Translations under genes and position numbers: made by a program
The notes under the pieces: generated by a model
The model's database searches: none
What the model saw: only the letters and a program-made list of their open reading frames with translations
What the model was told of the DNA's origin: nothing
In this document: in pieces, positions 28,708 through 45,018 of the stretch
Position numbering within the stretch: the stretch's first letter is position 1
Layout: each line of letters begins with the position of its first letter
Assembly (NCBI GenBank): GCA_964016885.1
Contig: OZ024754.1
Coordinates: forward strand, 26,908,001-26,972,000
Length of the DNA stretch: 64,000 nt
From: Eledone cirrhosa
Taxonomy: Eukaryota
Direction of reading: 5' to 3'

Positions 28708-29035
28708 TCAATTAATAAAGGACTCTAACATCTTCAACTTCACATTTTCATCTTTATTAATATACTCCGTCACCCCTGTTCTTAGGAAGTAATATGGCGT
28801 TGAGTGCTAGAAGTGAATTGTATCCTTGTATACAGAATATATATATAAATATATATAATTATAATTGAATATAAAAGGAAAATGAACACAGATATATACA
28901 TATGTGTTCAAATCGTAAGGGACCAGATTCGCTAAGGTGAAAAGAATACTAACTATAAACAATAGGGTTTGCCAGACTCAATTTAAGAATAAATCAAGAA
29001 AATAAATACAAACCGGAATTGTGGTAACTACCAAT

Positions 29036-29113
29036 CACCCAGACAGCTTTGGTATTGCTGTTTCGCAAAATTAATTGTGAAGAGGAATACCAATTCTTGC
29101 TCATCAGTGGGTG
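29036..29113 (-). ncRNA. Type I hammerhead ribozyme with full stem III
   Basis: TCACCCA CTGATGA GCAAGAATT..AATTTTGC GAAA CAGC-AATACCAAA-GCTG TC|TGGGTGA. Confidence 0.88.
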
Positions 29114-29835
29114 AAGAATTAGTATCCTGGACACTTATTCAGTTTTTAATATACGGCTCGGAAAAATCTCTTTCCTAAAGCTATTTTATTGTAAGAGACT
29201 ATTTTGAGTTTCTAACTCAATATATAGCTTTGATATATTCGGCTCCGTTAATTTGTTGAGCTAATTCAAATATCGAGTAAACCTGGCTGCTATTTTAAGT
29301 GGTGTGAGTTTGTGAGACACGCTAAGTTCAGATACCATGTGTGTTATTATATATACGCACACTATTCAGTTTTTTAATATACTTAGAAGTGTCCAGGATA
29401 CTAATTAATACCCACTGATAAGCAAGAATTGGTATTCCTCTTCACAATTAATTTTGCGAAACAGCATTACCAAAGCTGTCTGGGTGATTGGTACTTACCA
29501 CAATTCCGGTTTGTATTTATTTTTTTGATTTATTCTTAAATTGAGTCTGGCAAACCCTATTGTCTATAGTTAGTATTCTTTTCATCTTAGCGAATCTGAT
29601 CCCTTACCATTTGAACACATATATGTATATAACTGTGTTCGTTTTTCTTTTATATTCAATTATAATATACGGCTCGGAAAAATCTCTTTCCTAGAGCTAT
29701 TTTATTGTAAGAGACTATTTTGAATTTCTAACTCAATATATACCTTTGATATAAATATATATATATACATATGTCCCACGGCTCTGATACCATCAACACT
29801 ATAAACACAGAGCTGGCATATCTAAGAACTGACTA

Positions 29836-29891
29836 ACTGCCTGATGAAGTCATAGCAATTCAATGGCTATCATCGAAATATATATAGCAGT
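29836..29891 (+). ncRNA. Type I hammerhead
   Basis: ACTGC CTGATGA AGTCATAGC..GCTATCATC GAAA TATATA TA|GCAGT. Confidence 0.78.
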
Positions 29892-30255
29892 AAATAAAGG
29901 ATTATGAGCTCATGCAATTGACTTATGTTTCGTCACTATATATATATATATATAAGTGGTAACACAACAGTTAGGTCACCAAACCGAGAACAATTATATC
30001 ACCTTAGTGGATCCTCAGCTTGGACTGGTAATTTTTATACGGAAGAGGAAGAACAATACGGTTGTTCTTCCTATTCCGTATAACCATGACCAGTCCGAGC
30101 TGAGGATCCGCTAAGGTGAAACAATTATTCTTGCTATGGTGAACTAACTGTTGTGTTACCACTTCTGCCTAACTCGCCCCATGGACTAAGTGGTCTATCA
30201 CTACGGAACCTTCCAGTGTTCTACCTCTCTCTCTCCCTCTCTCAATACATATATT

Positions 30256-30373
<118 letters not shown>

Positions 30374-30809
30374 GTAAGTCAACAGGTCTAAATTAACTTC
30401 GTTTATTCATATTTACCAACTTAGATAGAGGAAACCCCAAGCATACTTAGGTAGAAGTAAATATTTTTCCTTTTTTCTTATATATATATATATATATATA
30501 TATATACTTATTCAGAATAATAATTGTTTCTACTTTTGGCACAAGGCCATCAATTACCCAGTGCATTACTGGTACTTTATTTTATCGTCACAATAATAAC
30601 AAATGAAGACATTCACATAGTCAATAATGTTTTATTATATATATTTCGAACGTACTGTGCTGTTTTTTCAGTACGTCCTCGTCAGATAAAATACATGAAT
30701 TGATGTATGACATACCTCAACTGTCTTGATAGTTCAATTCCAGTATTACTGCCAATACTGGAATTGAACTATCAAGACACTTGAGGTATGTCATACATCA
30801 ATTCATGTA

Positions 30810-30871
30810 TTTTATCTGACGAGGACGTACTGAAAAAATAGCATAGTACCTTCGAAATATATATAATAAAA
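30810..30871 (+). ncRNA. Type I hammerhead (mirror copy on minus at 30630-30691; family member at 39808-39872 plus)
   Basis: TTTTAT CTGACGA GGACGTACTG..TAGTACCTTC GAAA TATATA TA|ATAAAA. Confidence 0.78.
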
Positions 30872-31007
30872 CATATATTTTGATTATGTGAATGTCTTCA
30901 TTTATTATTCTGAATAAAAATAACTCCAGAAAACTTACTGTAGAGTGCTTTTAATCTATTGTAAAACTATATTCATTGAGTAATCAATGAACCATATTAA
31001 TATTTGG

Positions 31008-31049
<42 letters not shown>

Positions 31050-31352
31050 ATATAATTGAAAGAAAATATTCCCGATACAATGAAAAGTTTGTATCTCATC
31101 TGCTATTTTTACTTTTTATACACTCATTTATACACTTTCCGGTCTGGCATAGGTTTATCAGATCATATGATAGTCCACTTTCTTCCTATTTCTACTTATA
31201 TCTTCCTATATTTCTACCTGGTCTTTCTCATGATTATTATTATTTTTATCATCATCATCATCGTCATCATCATTGGCATTCTCACTATTATTTTCATACT
31301 ACAACATTTCTTAAAATCTCGTATGAAGAAATAGATAGCTATATATAGTGAA

Positions 31353-31417
<65 letters not shown>

Positions 31418-31932
31418 CTCATCCAGTCTTCTGAGACAGTAAGTGAACTGCATCGATATATATTGAACAAGCCTCCTCCCACCAAAAAATAAAATAAAAA
31501 GAAAATAGAAACAAACAATAATGTAAAAAAACAACAAAAAAAAAAAAAAAAAAAAAAAAAAGTCACTCCCGCAAAAAACCCTTCCCTCTTGGCGATGAAA
31601 TATATATTGAAATATATTGATGAAACTATTTTTTTTCGTTCGATTTTCCTATAGATTTATTTTTGTAATTTCTCTCGAACTAGTCGGCAGTCAATTGAAA
31701 GTGTGTTAATTGTTAACTATGTTAATTGTTAATAGTTAACTATGTACAGTCTAAAATATATGAAGATTGTCTTTCATCCGTGTGAACTCTTCTTCGTTAA
31801 AGTTTAAAATAATGCTTAGCTGATATGAGAACTTGTTTGTTTGAAAATATAGGAGGATAAAAAGACAACAGAGAACAACAAAGCGAAGTAAAAACGAAAT
31901 AAAAATCATTGCTACTCATGCACACATGCATG

Positions 31933-31996
<64 letters not shown>

Positions 31997-32910
31997 GTTC
32001 TTGTGAGTTATTCACCTGAAGTTTTGCTCTTGAAAGCGAAACAACGGACGAAAGAATGTGACAGCCTTTTCACTCCTTTGTATGCATTGCCTTTTACGTT
32101 ACGACACACACACATACACACACACATGCACATAGACACACACACATGCACCCCCCCCCCCCCACACACACAGAAAGCAACCAGAAAGGCTTTTCAAAAT
32201 AATCTGAATATAATTTAAACATTTAAAATAAAGACAGCAAGTCGGTGAACGCAATAAATTACTTTTATATTTCAGAAATTAATAATAATAATAATAATAA
32301 TCATAATCATAATCATAATCATAATAATTAATAATGAACACTTTTATAATATCTTTTTTCTGCTTTGTTTAGTATATGTTTCTTTCTTTTTTTAAAATCT
32401 TGTATGGCATGAAAGAGATTTACAGAAAAATAAAAAAAAATAAAAATAAAAATTGACGAAGTAGAAAAAGCAGCAGCAGTAGTAGTTACAGAAAAGTAGA
32501 AGTATTACAAGTTAAAAAAAAACAACAAACAAACAAAAAACAAATGGAGGAAGGGAGAGGGCAAAAAAGGGGAGATAATGTCTATTGATTTTGTGGGTGG
32601 GAAATATATGTTTGTATTGCATGAAGGATACATTTTATTTCACATATGTAAAACGACGACCAGCAGAAGGCATTAAATATATTTATTTATATATATATAA
32701 CACGGTATAAGTGTATTGTTTAATGTATTGGCTATTTGTGTTTGTTCGTCTGAAAGGGGAGAGAAAGCAGGCTAAATATTAACAGTTTTGTTCTCTATAC
32801 ATCACAACCAAATGTATATTTTTTTAATCTCCATAAGCACAATAATGGACCTGCCACTGGTATTGAACTCTATTAAATACTAAACCTAACCTAAATAAAA
32901 ATGTATGGCA

Positions 32911-32941
<31 letters not shown>

Positions 32942-33038
32942 CATACATACATACATACATACATACATACAACACATATGCATGCATATATATATACATA
33001 CTTACATACATACATACACACATATATATATTTATATA

Positions 33039-33077
<39 letters not shown>

Positions 33078-33249
33078 CGATTCTTTGCTTAAATTTAATC
33101 TGTTATTATAAATATATATAAATATAGATATATACATATATATTATAAATAGTCGGGACTCGACATCTGAGCTCTTTCCGCTCCAATAGCTAGTTCCGGA
33201 CTTATATATATATACATATCATATATATGTCTGTGTATTTCTCTCTCGC

Positions 33250-33345
<96 letters not shown>

Positions 33346-33551
33346 AATATATATATATGTAACAAAGAGGTAAGAAACCAGGTGGACCATAACGCACAAG
33401 AGTACTCAATACTTAGGGTAGTAGAGTGGAGTGAGTAATAGGAAAAGAGTCGGGTCCTGACTCTTTTCATATATATTGGTATATAAGTATGAAAGTTGTA
33501 GTGATACATTAACAAGCTTTGTTTTTTCTACCAATTTCATACTTGACGACC

Positions 33552-33605
<54 letters not shown>

Positions 33606-33842
33606 TACACTCATACATATATACATACACATAAATATATATGTTGATGTATATGCGTTGGTGTGTGTGTGTATAGATGTATGTATATATATTGGCAGTA
33701 GCACTGAGATGTCGTTAAGCATAATAGGGGGATATATGAAAGAACATATATTCTAGTCAACATTCATCTCTGAGCTTATTAGTTATGTAATAAACAACAT
33801 AAGATAGTTATTTCATTTACCAGTGGTATGTTGATTCTTACA

Positions 33843-33905
<63 letters not shown>

Positions 33906-34506
33906 TATTATATATGTATATAAATATATATATATATATTTATATATATATATAGAGAGAGTTAGGTAATAAATAACATACCACTGGTAAATGAAATAAT
34001 TATCTTATGTTGTATATTACATAACTAATAAGCTCTGTAATTCACATAGAGCACTCTTTTTTCCTGGACCTTTCCGACGGAAATACTTCACATATATATA
34101 TATAAGCAAAAGGGAATACTTGAACCGCTAAGACCTCCTTCCTGGATATGTCAATATTTATAAAACAAACTTTGTATTTTATCCTATGAGAGCGTACCAA
34201 AGTTTTGGCACCCTTGAAATATATATAATAGAATAAATATAGTTTTATAAATATAGTTTCCATTTATAAATATCATTGATATATATATATATATATATAT
34301 ATATACACCTAGATCCGAAAAGTTCGGATCTAACTCTGTCGAAACGGCCGGAGCTCAGCCGTCGGGATCCTGAATCTTTTCATATTACCCGCTCTGTTAC
34401 TCCAAGTATCGAGTACTCTTGGTGCATTATGGTTCACCTTGTATCTTACACACCCTCTTTGTTATATATATATATATATATATGCATGTACACCCATATA
34501 AACACA

Positions 34507-34543
<37 letters not shown>

Positions 34544-35233
34544 CGATTTTCAAGTTAGGCATAAGGCTATCAATTTTGGTTGATGAGAATGGAGGATAAA
34601 TTAATTCCTCAGCACAGAGTTTATATTCTGGAATCCCAGATCCGGGAGACTGGTAGGCAAAGGTGACATCGGTAGGATTCAACTCGGAATTAAACAGATT
34701 CAACTAAAAAGCATTCAACGCTTACACACACACTGACACACACACAACCACATATATACATGCGCACACACACGCACACACACACACACACACACACAGA
34801 CACACATACACACACACACACACATATATATATGTATATATACACGATTATATATATATATATATATACATATATACACAGGAACATACATATTTGAATA
34901 ATAACAGCAACAGCAACAATAACAATCACAAGTAATAATAAAAACATCAACAACACCGCATTTGTCATAGTTACATCGTTTCATAAAATGTTAAAAACGT
35001 ATATAATTAAAACGAAATCAAATGCGATTTAAGCCAACTGAACCTATATACATCGATCGCTATATAACTTAGCCAAAATATTGATGTTTCCAATAAGATA
35101 AAATATTATTTCATATTATGATACATATAATTCAAGGACATCATCACACCGTAAATACCAAGCACATTTTTGGGGAGTTTTCCTAATACAACCGACTATC
35201 ACTATCTCACATGCAATCATTTCAGATACGCAT

Positions 35234-35284
<51 letters not shown>

Positions 35285-35526
35285 TGTGTGTAGGTGTGTA
35301 TGTGTGTATATCTCTCTCTCTATATATATACATATATGTTTATATATATATATATATATGCTTATATATGTATATGTATATATATATATGTATATATATA
35401 TATGTATATATATATGTATATATATATATATAAATATATATATATCACGATAAATTAACGGAGCCATAGACTCTCGCGATTCCCTGTCAATAATGTGCTC
35501 AAAGGAGAAGGAATCCTGAGTTCTTT

Positions 35527-35641
35527 AAAATACAATATGTTGAAAAGGTAACACATTAGAGAGAGATAGTACGCCATCAATATTTTATTGATGGCGTACT
35601 ATCTCTCTCTAATGTGTTACCTTTTCAACATATTGTATTTT
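35527..35641. repeat. Perfect hairpin, 56-bp arms
   Basis: Centre at 35584 (caata-ttt-tattg). Confidence 0.93.
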
Positions 35642-35690
35642 TATATGGCAAAAATGAGTTGTACCTGTAATTCGAAGGGCTAAACTTATC

Positions 35691-35727
<37 letters not shown>

Positions 35728-37418
35728 ATGTACATTCACATAAGTGTGTGTGTGTGCAAGCATGTACTAGGCCAGAAAAACGAAAGTTCCAAGGTTTTAA
35801 ACATAAATGTTAATTTGTGCTAAATTGTAATTTCTTGAAAAAATATATTAGAATATAACACCAAACGAAAATATGTAATACTTAGAATTTTGCTCTGTTT
35901 TAAAGGATGGAAATGGTTTTTTGATGGAACATTTTATATATAAAAAGAAAAGTCCCGAATTAAAAGGAAAAGAATTATTTCTTTTGTTCATTGTTTTTTG
36001 TTTATCCATATAAATATATAAAGAATAGAAAGCGTGTTTGTTTGAAAATCAGAATCAAAACCCAAAAATCATATAAATGAGGATATTAATGAGAGTTTAT
36101 TATAAAATAGAGGTAACTATGGGGTATAATTGATCACAAATTGGATAGATTGAATAATTGAGAACAAAAGGTATCATTGGAATGGTCTCTCTTTCTCTCT
36201 CTTAACAAAAATATATAATTGAAGATGTTTTTCGTTTGTTTTTTGTTTTTGACTTTATCATTGTTTTACTTTCTTTGTAAGTTACAAGAAAAAAATTGAA
36301 CGGTTGGACACATACTATTTCTAAAATAAAATTTACATAGTTAATTTAAAAGTAAGTTTTGCTTTTGTAAAACCTGCCATGGCGCTTATTAACAATAAGA
36401 TAGTTGAACAAAATCCTTAAGACTTTAAAATGTGGACAGAATCGTCGGCGTCATGATAAACCGGCTTTCCAGCACAGGCAAAATCGTGATTTAATTCAAG
36501 GAGGCGATTCTGTTTGTTTTTGTTCGCCACAAAATGTTATATTCTCGATTCAATTCAATTATCTCATAGTTAGTATGCGTTGTAGTGGCCTTTGCAAAAC
36601 ATACTCTAAAATTTCAATTTTACTGTACACTTCTTAAACGTTCGTGTTTTCATTCTGACATAGTTAAATTAATTCAAATTTTTTTTTTATTTAGAAGTGG
36701 CATAAAAGCCCTATGGATTGCTTCTGTTTTCGGCATGTATCTATTGTTTCCCTTTTAGTATTGTAGAACGGGAAGGCGATAACACAAACGATGTGTTGTG
36801 GTATTTAAGCCTTTCTCAAGGGCATCACCTTTATCATAAGTGTAAGTGGTGTGAATACAAAATGGCGTCGAAATAGATCACTGACGTGTTTAAAGATTTA
36901 GTTCTTACGCCATCGTAACATTTGGAAAACTTATTGGGCTAAACATAACATACGGGGTAAAATTACCAGAGAAACAAAAATTATGAACACAAAATACACT
37001 TTATATTGATAATAAGATAAAGTACTGTACTTCAGAGAAACACAAATATCAACAAAAACAGAACATAAACAAAAACACATTGTAGGCAACTTTGACAATT
37101 GATATATGAATTGAAATTAAATGAATTTACTTGAGTTAAGCAAACATACTTTTTTGAAAATAATGATTTTAATGAAGCTGGTGATTAAAAAAAAGAGATG
37201 TTTGGAGAAGTATTTTTTCATATATTAAAAATTTTTTCAATTTTAAAATTTATTAAGATCATTCATGAGTACAGTACACATTTCTAAATCAGAGATGAAC
37301 TAGGTTGAGAGAGAACTGAAAATGAAGAAAACAACAAAAACAACAACAACAACAAACAAACTAGAAATACATAAGACCCGGACGAATATAGTTCATATAG
37401 TTATACCACACATATCTG

Positions 37419-37451
<33 letters not shown>

Positions 37452-37967
37452 ATATTCATTTTATTAAGGCTAAATAGTGATTCTTGATAACCAGGAGCTT
37501 CGTACGATTATCATCAGATGAACCTGTGATAAACAGGCGAAACTCAAGAGTAACAGGACTAACTATTTAGCTTTAATAACTTAATAAACTGAATATTAAT
37601 ACTCTACTTCGGTACTGGGTACACCTTTCTCTGAGCCGTCAACAACACACGGATATATATATATATATATATTTCGTTTCTGAATTTGTTTAGCAAGATT
37701 CTTTATCTGAAAACATGTGTTGAAACCGATATTGTTATACTTTGGGAGGGCCAGGTTGCCAATAAGAAACACACGCACCAGTTGTTTCACTCCAATTTAT
37801 TATAAATTAAAAAATTATTTTCAAAAAAAAATATATATATATAAATTTATAAAAATTTATAAAAAAAAAAATTTATTTTTGAAAAGATATTTTTAATTTA
37901 TAATAAATTGGAGTGAAAGCAACTGGTGCGTGTGTTTCTTATTGGAAACATGACCGTCCCAAAGTAT

Positions 37968-38006
<39 letters not shown>

Positions 38007-38134
38007 CCAGGTCTAGACCTGGATTTTATATGTTCTGGCTTGTTAATTTAGTAACCCGCCATAGAACCACATTGGCATACGTTGGATAATACTTGTATCC
38101 CTATATGTATTTTTTACACGTAGGAACACATACT

Positions 38135-38206
<72 letters not shown>

Positions 38207-38268
38207 GTATATATATATATAGTAAAAGAGTCTGGACCCCGGCGGGTGAGCTCCGGCCGTTTCGACAG

Positions 38269-38323
<55 letters not shown>

Positions 38324-38508
38324 TATATATAATATATATATATATTATATATATATTATATATATGCACATATATTTAAGTATATATTAATAGGTATATA
38401 TACATATATATTTACTTATATGTATGTATATACATACATGTTATGTGGATAATTAGCAATAATCACAACCAAATTATAAGTGTATTTTACAATATTATTA
38501 AATACACA

Positions 38509-38565
<57 letters not shown>

Positions 38566-38613
38566 AACGTGAAATAAGAAAATTATAGTAATTAGCTTAC
38601 TTACTTAAATTTC

Positions 38614-38688
<75 letters not shown>

Positions 38689-39246
38689 TGTGTATATATG
38701 AGTGTTTATATATATATATATACATACACACAAACATATATATATATATATATATACATATATGTTTTTGGTATCCATATGCATATCAATATATTTACAT
38801 TTATATTTAGATATGCTTATAATAACATAATGTATCCATATTTTATATGCATGTATATATGTATATGAGTGTGTGTGTGTGTGTGTATGTGCGTGTGTGT
38901 GTATGTGTGTGTGGGTTTGCATGCGTGAATGTATACATGCCCTCCACACCGACAGACATACATGTAAGACATGCGTGAAGACATAATGAAATATATTTCA
39001 AATATGGCAGACTGTATGTTTATGATATCGTAGTTTGTCGTATACCATTCCACACTGACATATTTTCAAGTAGGCAATATCACCAAGATTATACATACAC
39101 CTTCCCCTTCCATTTATACACCCGCTATGTTCAGATATAATATCATTTATATATATATATATATCTGTATGTATTTATTAGACATATTTTACATTTATCT
39201 ATTTATATATGTATATATATGTAAATATGTAATTATTATAAACATA

Positions 39247-39312
<66 letters not shown>

Positions 39313-39393
39313 ATTATGTATATATAGATATATAGATATGCATATATACATATATACAAATATACATATATATATATATATTACACACACGCA

Positions 39394-39433
<40 letters not shown>

Positions 39434-39434
39434 A

Positions 39435-39486
<52 letters not shown>

Positions 39487-39645
39487 ATATATAGTATATC
39501 ATTACATACATTATATATTCAGCATATATCGTTAAATATGTATTTATTGGTTGCGCAAAGCACTTTTGCCTGTTCGAACCATAATGCATTTTATTATTTA
39601 TATAGGTATATACTACATGTATATACATATAAATACATATATATA

Positions 39646-39752
<107 letters not shown>

Positions 39753-40117
39753 TACCATGACTGAATTTTAACCATCTACTTAGTCAAGGTATGTCAAGCA
39801 TCATCTTATTTTATCTGATGAGGACGTACTGTTGAATATAGCTCAGTACCTCTGAAATATGTATAATAAAATATACTTGATCACACGAATGTCTATATTT
39901 GTTAATATTTTAAATTAATATTTATATATATATATATACACACACATACACACATATATATATAAAACAAAGACAGAGTGGTAAGGAACCAGGTGGACCA
40001 TAACGCACCAGAGTACTCGATACTTAGGGTAGTAGAGTGGGTAATAGGAAACGAGTCAGGACCTCGACGGCTGAACACCGGTCGATTCGACAGCTAGTTC
40101 AGATCTAGCTGTTGAAA

Positions 40118-40198
<81 letters not shown>

Positions 40199-40207
40199 TC
40201 TCTCTCT

Positions 40208-40315
<108 letters not shown>

Positions 40316-40581
40316 TTTGTATGTATACATTTTATCTTTGTTTAAATGTTTATTTAATTGGTGAGGTTTGCTCCACTATAATTATTTAATAGAAGATTAT
40401 GCCTTATCCACCATTCTACGCAGATATTACTGTTTCATAAATGCTAGGTATTCTTACAGGCTGGTATGCGACGGAAATAATTTGAAGATAGGGCGTTAAT
40501 TTGTTATAATGTTTCATAAAATTGTGTCGTCATGTCTCCTTATTAATTGATGTACACTTTTTTTATATATACATATATGTA

Positions 40582-41737
40582 TTGGGTTGATCAAAATGTC
40601 CCTTCAGTTTTTGTTGACACTAAATTTTAAGCACTTTAGTAAGTAACTCACTTTAGTCTGCCCCTTACGCATGTGCACACGTTTGATACTTGATATCTCA
40701 ACGTATTTCGACGCGAACTTCCGACTAGACGGGTTGTATTTTGTCTGACTGGCATTATTTTGAAAATTATCGTCATGTTATGCTCTTTTATTAAAAATAA
40801 AAGCAAGAAAGCGGTATGCATGGAGGGTATAAGGTTAGCGGAAGTATGGGCCAGAAGTGGTTTCAAAATTTCGACCAGGAAATTCTTTGGTTAAACATGA
40901 ATTTCACTCTAGTCGGCCAAATGAGATGAAGAGCGACAAAATGAACGACTTAGTCAACACCAACCTTAATTTTACGACTAGAACTATCGCAGATATTCTC
41001 CAAATATCGAAATCGAAGTTTGAAAACTATCTGCATCAACTTTGTAAGGTTGACAGACTGGATATTTGCGATCCCCATCAATTGAATAAGATTAACTTCA
41101 CCCAGAGGATTTCCATCAAGAAAACGATCCTTTGTTTTAAGTGAATGGTAACAGGATGAAAAATGTGTAATCTATAACAATGTGAAGTGCAAAAGTTCAT
41201 GGATGAAGCACGGCGAACAACCACAAACAACCTCCAAAGCAGGACTTCACTCGAAGAAGGTTATTCTTTCAATTGTGTGGGATTTGAAGAGTATTGTCAT
41301 TTACGAGCTTTTCTCCATGGACAGGACTATCGAATCGGATGTGTACAGTGACAAGTTGAACAAATTAAACGTAGACACGTCCAACAGTTGTTACTCGTAA
41401 GGGCACTATCGTGACAATGCCAGACAACATACTTCTTTGCAGACGCAGCAGATGTTACTGGAGTTGTGGCTGGGAAGTTTTGTCACACCATCCATATTCA
41501 ATCGACTTTCTACCTTTAGATTTCTACATCTTTCGGTCTTTTCATAATTAATTGACTAGACAAATCTTCAATTTTAAAAAGGATATAAAAATTCACATGG
41601 AAGAGTTTTTCGCCAGTAAATACAGGGGATTCTTTTATTAGGGAATAATGTATCTGCCAACAAGCGGGTAGAAGATATCGGAAGGATACTGTCTTATTTT
41701 CCCTTAAGAAACCGAATGGACATTTTGGCCAACCCGA
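40582..41737 (+). mobile_element. Mariner transposon, near full length, decayed
   Basis: TIRs TTGGGTTGATCAAAATGTCC / GGACATTTTGGCCAACCCGA with TA TSD. Relic motifs WFSKFR, ICDPHQL, VTG.EK, KVILSIVWD, DNARQH, PPYS..DF..F. Confidence 0.9.
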
Positions 41738-41751
41738 TATATATATATGTA

Positions 41752-41965
<214 letters not shown>

Positions 41966-42059
41966 CATATATATATGCAAAAATTATATATATGTATATA
42001 TGTATATTATATATATGTATATATACATATACTTAAATTTATGTATATGCACACACATA

Positions 42060-43237
42060 TATCCAGACGCTAAATCCCGCCTGTTGCAGACTGCGCATCA
42101 ACACGAGATATTTTTCTCCAGAAAGTTCGATCACCAACAGTAGAGTTTAAAGAGCAAACGTCAAGTCCAGAAGTTGACATTATCCAGCCATCGTTTTGGC
42201 TGCCGACCTCTGCTTCTCCTACCAGCCAACTTCCCTTCTAGGCATAACTTACTCACACCACGAGTTGATCTTTTGATATGACCGTACAGTTTAAGCACTC
42301 TTGACAACTGGTGTGATTGGTCTAAGTCTGGTAATGTTGAGCAGCTCACTGATACAGATACGGTCGCTGAGCCGCTTGCCAGTCATAAGTCTCATGATGT
42401 GGTTCTGGAATATAGAGAGCTTCTGAAGTGATCTCGTCGTCCAATTAACACAGTCAAGACCATATAACACAACTGGTAGGATGTAAGTATCGAAGATTTT
42501 AGCCTTCAAATGATAAGAAACTCGTTTTGATGTTAGTACTTCTTTGTTCCTGTTGAAAGCTGCCCAACATAGAGTGTTGCGATACTGCACAGCGACCATT
42601 CCATTGTTGTTTGATGATAGTTTGTGACCAAGATATACAAACTCCGTAACTTGAGAAATTTGCTGATTGTAGATTATGAGTTGGAGATTGACATTCTTTT
42701 TATCAGTTGTCATACACTTTGCTGTGGAGATGCTGATGTGTAGCCCAGCCTCTAGCGAATGTTTGGCCAGTACATTCATAAAGTTGTGCAGATCAGTTCT
42801 AGAGTAACTCATGATGGCCAAATCGTCTGCAACAGGTTATATCATGCTGTTCTGTAGAAAATAAAGAACCAAGAAATCTTAGCTGGCACATTTAAGATTC
42901 AAACAATACTATCCTTACTTCCAAAGATGATATCCTTGGACGCTGGGCTAAATTCTTTGAAGAACTATACTTCAGAAACTCAGAACTAACAACCACTCAT
43001 GATTCAACATCAGATCTCATTCCATATATCTTAGCTAGCAAGATATCTCATGCCATCAAAAATTTGAACCGAGGAAAAAGCCCTGGGCAGGACAATATAT
43101 ACTCAGAATTCATCAAAGCACTTCAATATCTTTTTAACTGTATTATCACTACAGGAAAAAGCCCAGACATGTTCAAGAAAGCATTGATAGTTGTACTCTA
43201 CAAAAAAGGTAGCAGACTTGATTGTGGGAATTATCGT

Positions 43238-43241
<4 letters not shown>
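42060..43241. mobile_element. RTE-like LINE with inversion (RT 3' part on minus 42060-42830; upstream part on plus 42831-43241)
   Basis: ADDLAI..FVYLG..ILPVVLYGLDC..GRRSRGRQPKRWLDNV on minus; GKSPGQDNI..LYKKGSRLDCGNYRPI on plus. Confidence 0.88.
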
Positions 43242-43272
<31 letters not shown>

Positions 43273-43421
43273 GAGTCGAACCCACATCTTTGGTTATCCA
43301 GACCGCTGTGCTACCATTACACCAAAGATTGATAACCAAAGATGTGGGTTCGACTCCCATGTATGTCAATACTCATCTTTTTCCATTTATCTTGTTAGCA
43401 TTGTATTCGTGTAGATGTGCA

Positions 43422-43539
<118 letters not shown>

Positions 43540-43809
43540 TGCACATCTACACGAATACAATGCTAACAAGTGATTTTCTTCAAACTCGTCTTTTTACTAA
43601 CAAGAGCCAACTCAGTTGCTCCAGAAAGTTTATTAGCGTGAACATTAAATATCTTATGATTATTTTGAATAATTACTATTTGAACTTGGTAAACTCTGTT
43701 CCTTCTCACATAGGCATGCACTACTGTAACTGGGTTGAAACGCACATAGAAATTAAAGAATGGATTTAAGTTGTTAACCTTGGTCTTTTGTCATTTTGAG
43801 TATATATAT

Positions 43810-43935
43810 GGCGCGTGGCTGAATGTTTAAAGAATTGGATTCGCAATCGTAAGGTTGTGAATTCATTTCCTGGACCGGGCGATGCGTTATGCCCTTGAGC
43901 AAGACATTTAATTTCACGTTGCTCCTTTTACCTGG
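43810..43935 (+). mobile_element. Second tRNA-derived SINE family (CORE-like); related pieces at about 12640-12925 and 23240-23580
   Basis: GGCGCGTGGCTGAATG head, cgtaaggttgtgaattc, CORE-like cccttgagcaagacattt..tttcacgttgctcc. Confidence 0.6.
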
Positions 43936-44611
43936 AGTTGCGACCGATAGATAGTATTAGCAATTGGAAAGACCAACGGAGACATTGTTTCCTCGGTCCG
44001 ATTTGACGAAAGTCGATCGACTGTCGATATATATAAATATATATATATATTCATAAAATCATAGGAATCTTAACCGCAGAAATAGCTGTAAATCAGCCAG
44101 ATGCTGCTATGAATAGAAAGGAGTAGGGTTAAAATATAAGCTCTTATGAACGGAAGGACGGTCAGGACGTTTTCTCTCTCTTCTTCTTCTCGGATCCTTC
44201 TGACCGTCGTTACGTTCAAAAGAGCTTATATTTTAACTCTCCTTGCTGTTCATAACAGCATCTCTGATGTTTTACAGCTATTTCAGCGTTTGAGATTTCT
44301 ACAATTTTATGAAAAGTTTTACACATTCATCGCTCCAAATTATTTCATATCATGTTTACATATACATATAAATATATATATAAAAATGACTTCTACAGGA
44401 CTAGATCTGTTTAATTCGTATGATTGATTTCATACGAATGAAACAGTTCTAGTCTTGTAAAAACCATTTCTCTCTATATATAATAAAGATGCCTATACAC
44501 TACCAACGAATTGGTTACCCCTCGAGACGACTCGCTTGGCGCCGTGATCGGGATTGTACACATACACACAAACACATACAAACACACACACATACAAACA
44601 CGCACACACAC

Positions 44612-44666
<55 letters not shown>

Positions 44667-44937
44667 TACACACATACACACACATATATGTGTTGTCTTC
44701 TTCTGGCAGAGAAATTCAGATAGATATTACTGGTGTCTACGTCCACAAGGGAAATTTTTGGAATTCGTGTAAATGGGTTCTAGAAGAGTCAAAACATCTG
44801 GTTTCACTTTGTTAAAAAAATCTTGCTTGAATGGCAGAGGAATACAATGAAGCCTTCACCCGAATCTTCGAGTAAATAGAATTGAATCTTTACATCAAAA
44901 TATTTATCTGTCAATATCCTACCTTTCTACCTACCCA

Positions 44938-44938
44938 C

Positions 44939-45017
<79 letters not shown>
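44938..45017. repeat. (ATCT)n microsatellite
   Basis: Directly visible. Confidence 0.97.

Positions 45018-45018
<1 letters not shown>

Noticed and set aside
31440-37400. AT-rich unique tracts as extended mGluR 3' UTR
   Set aside because: Plausible, but not supportable without transcript data.
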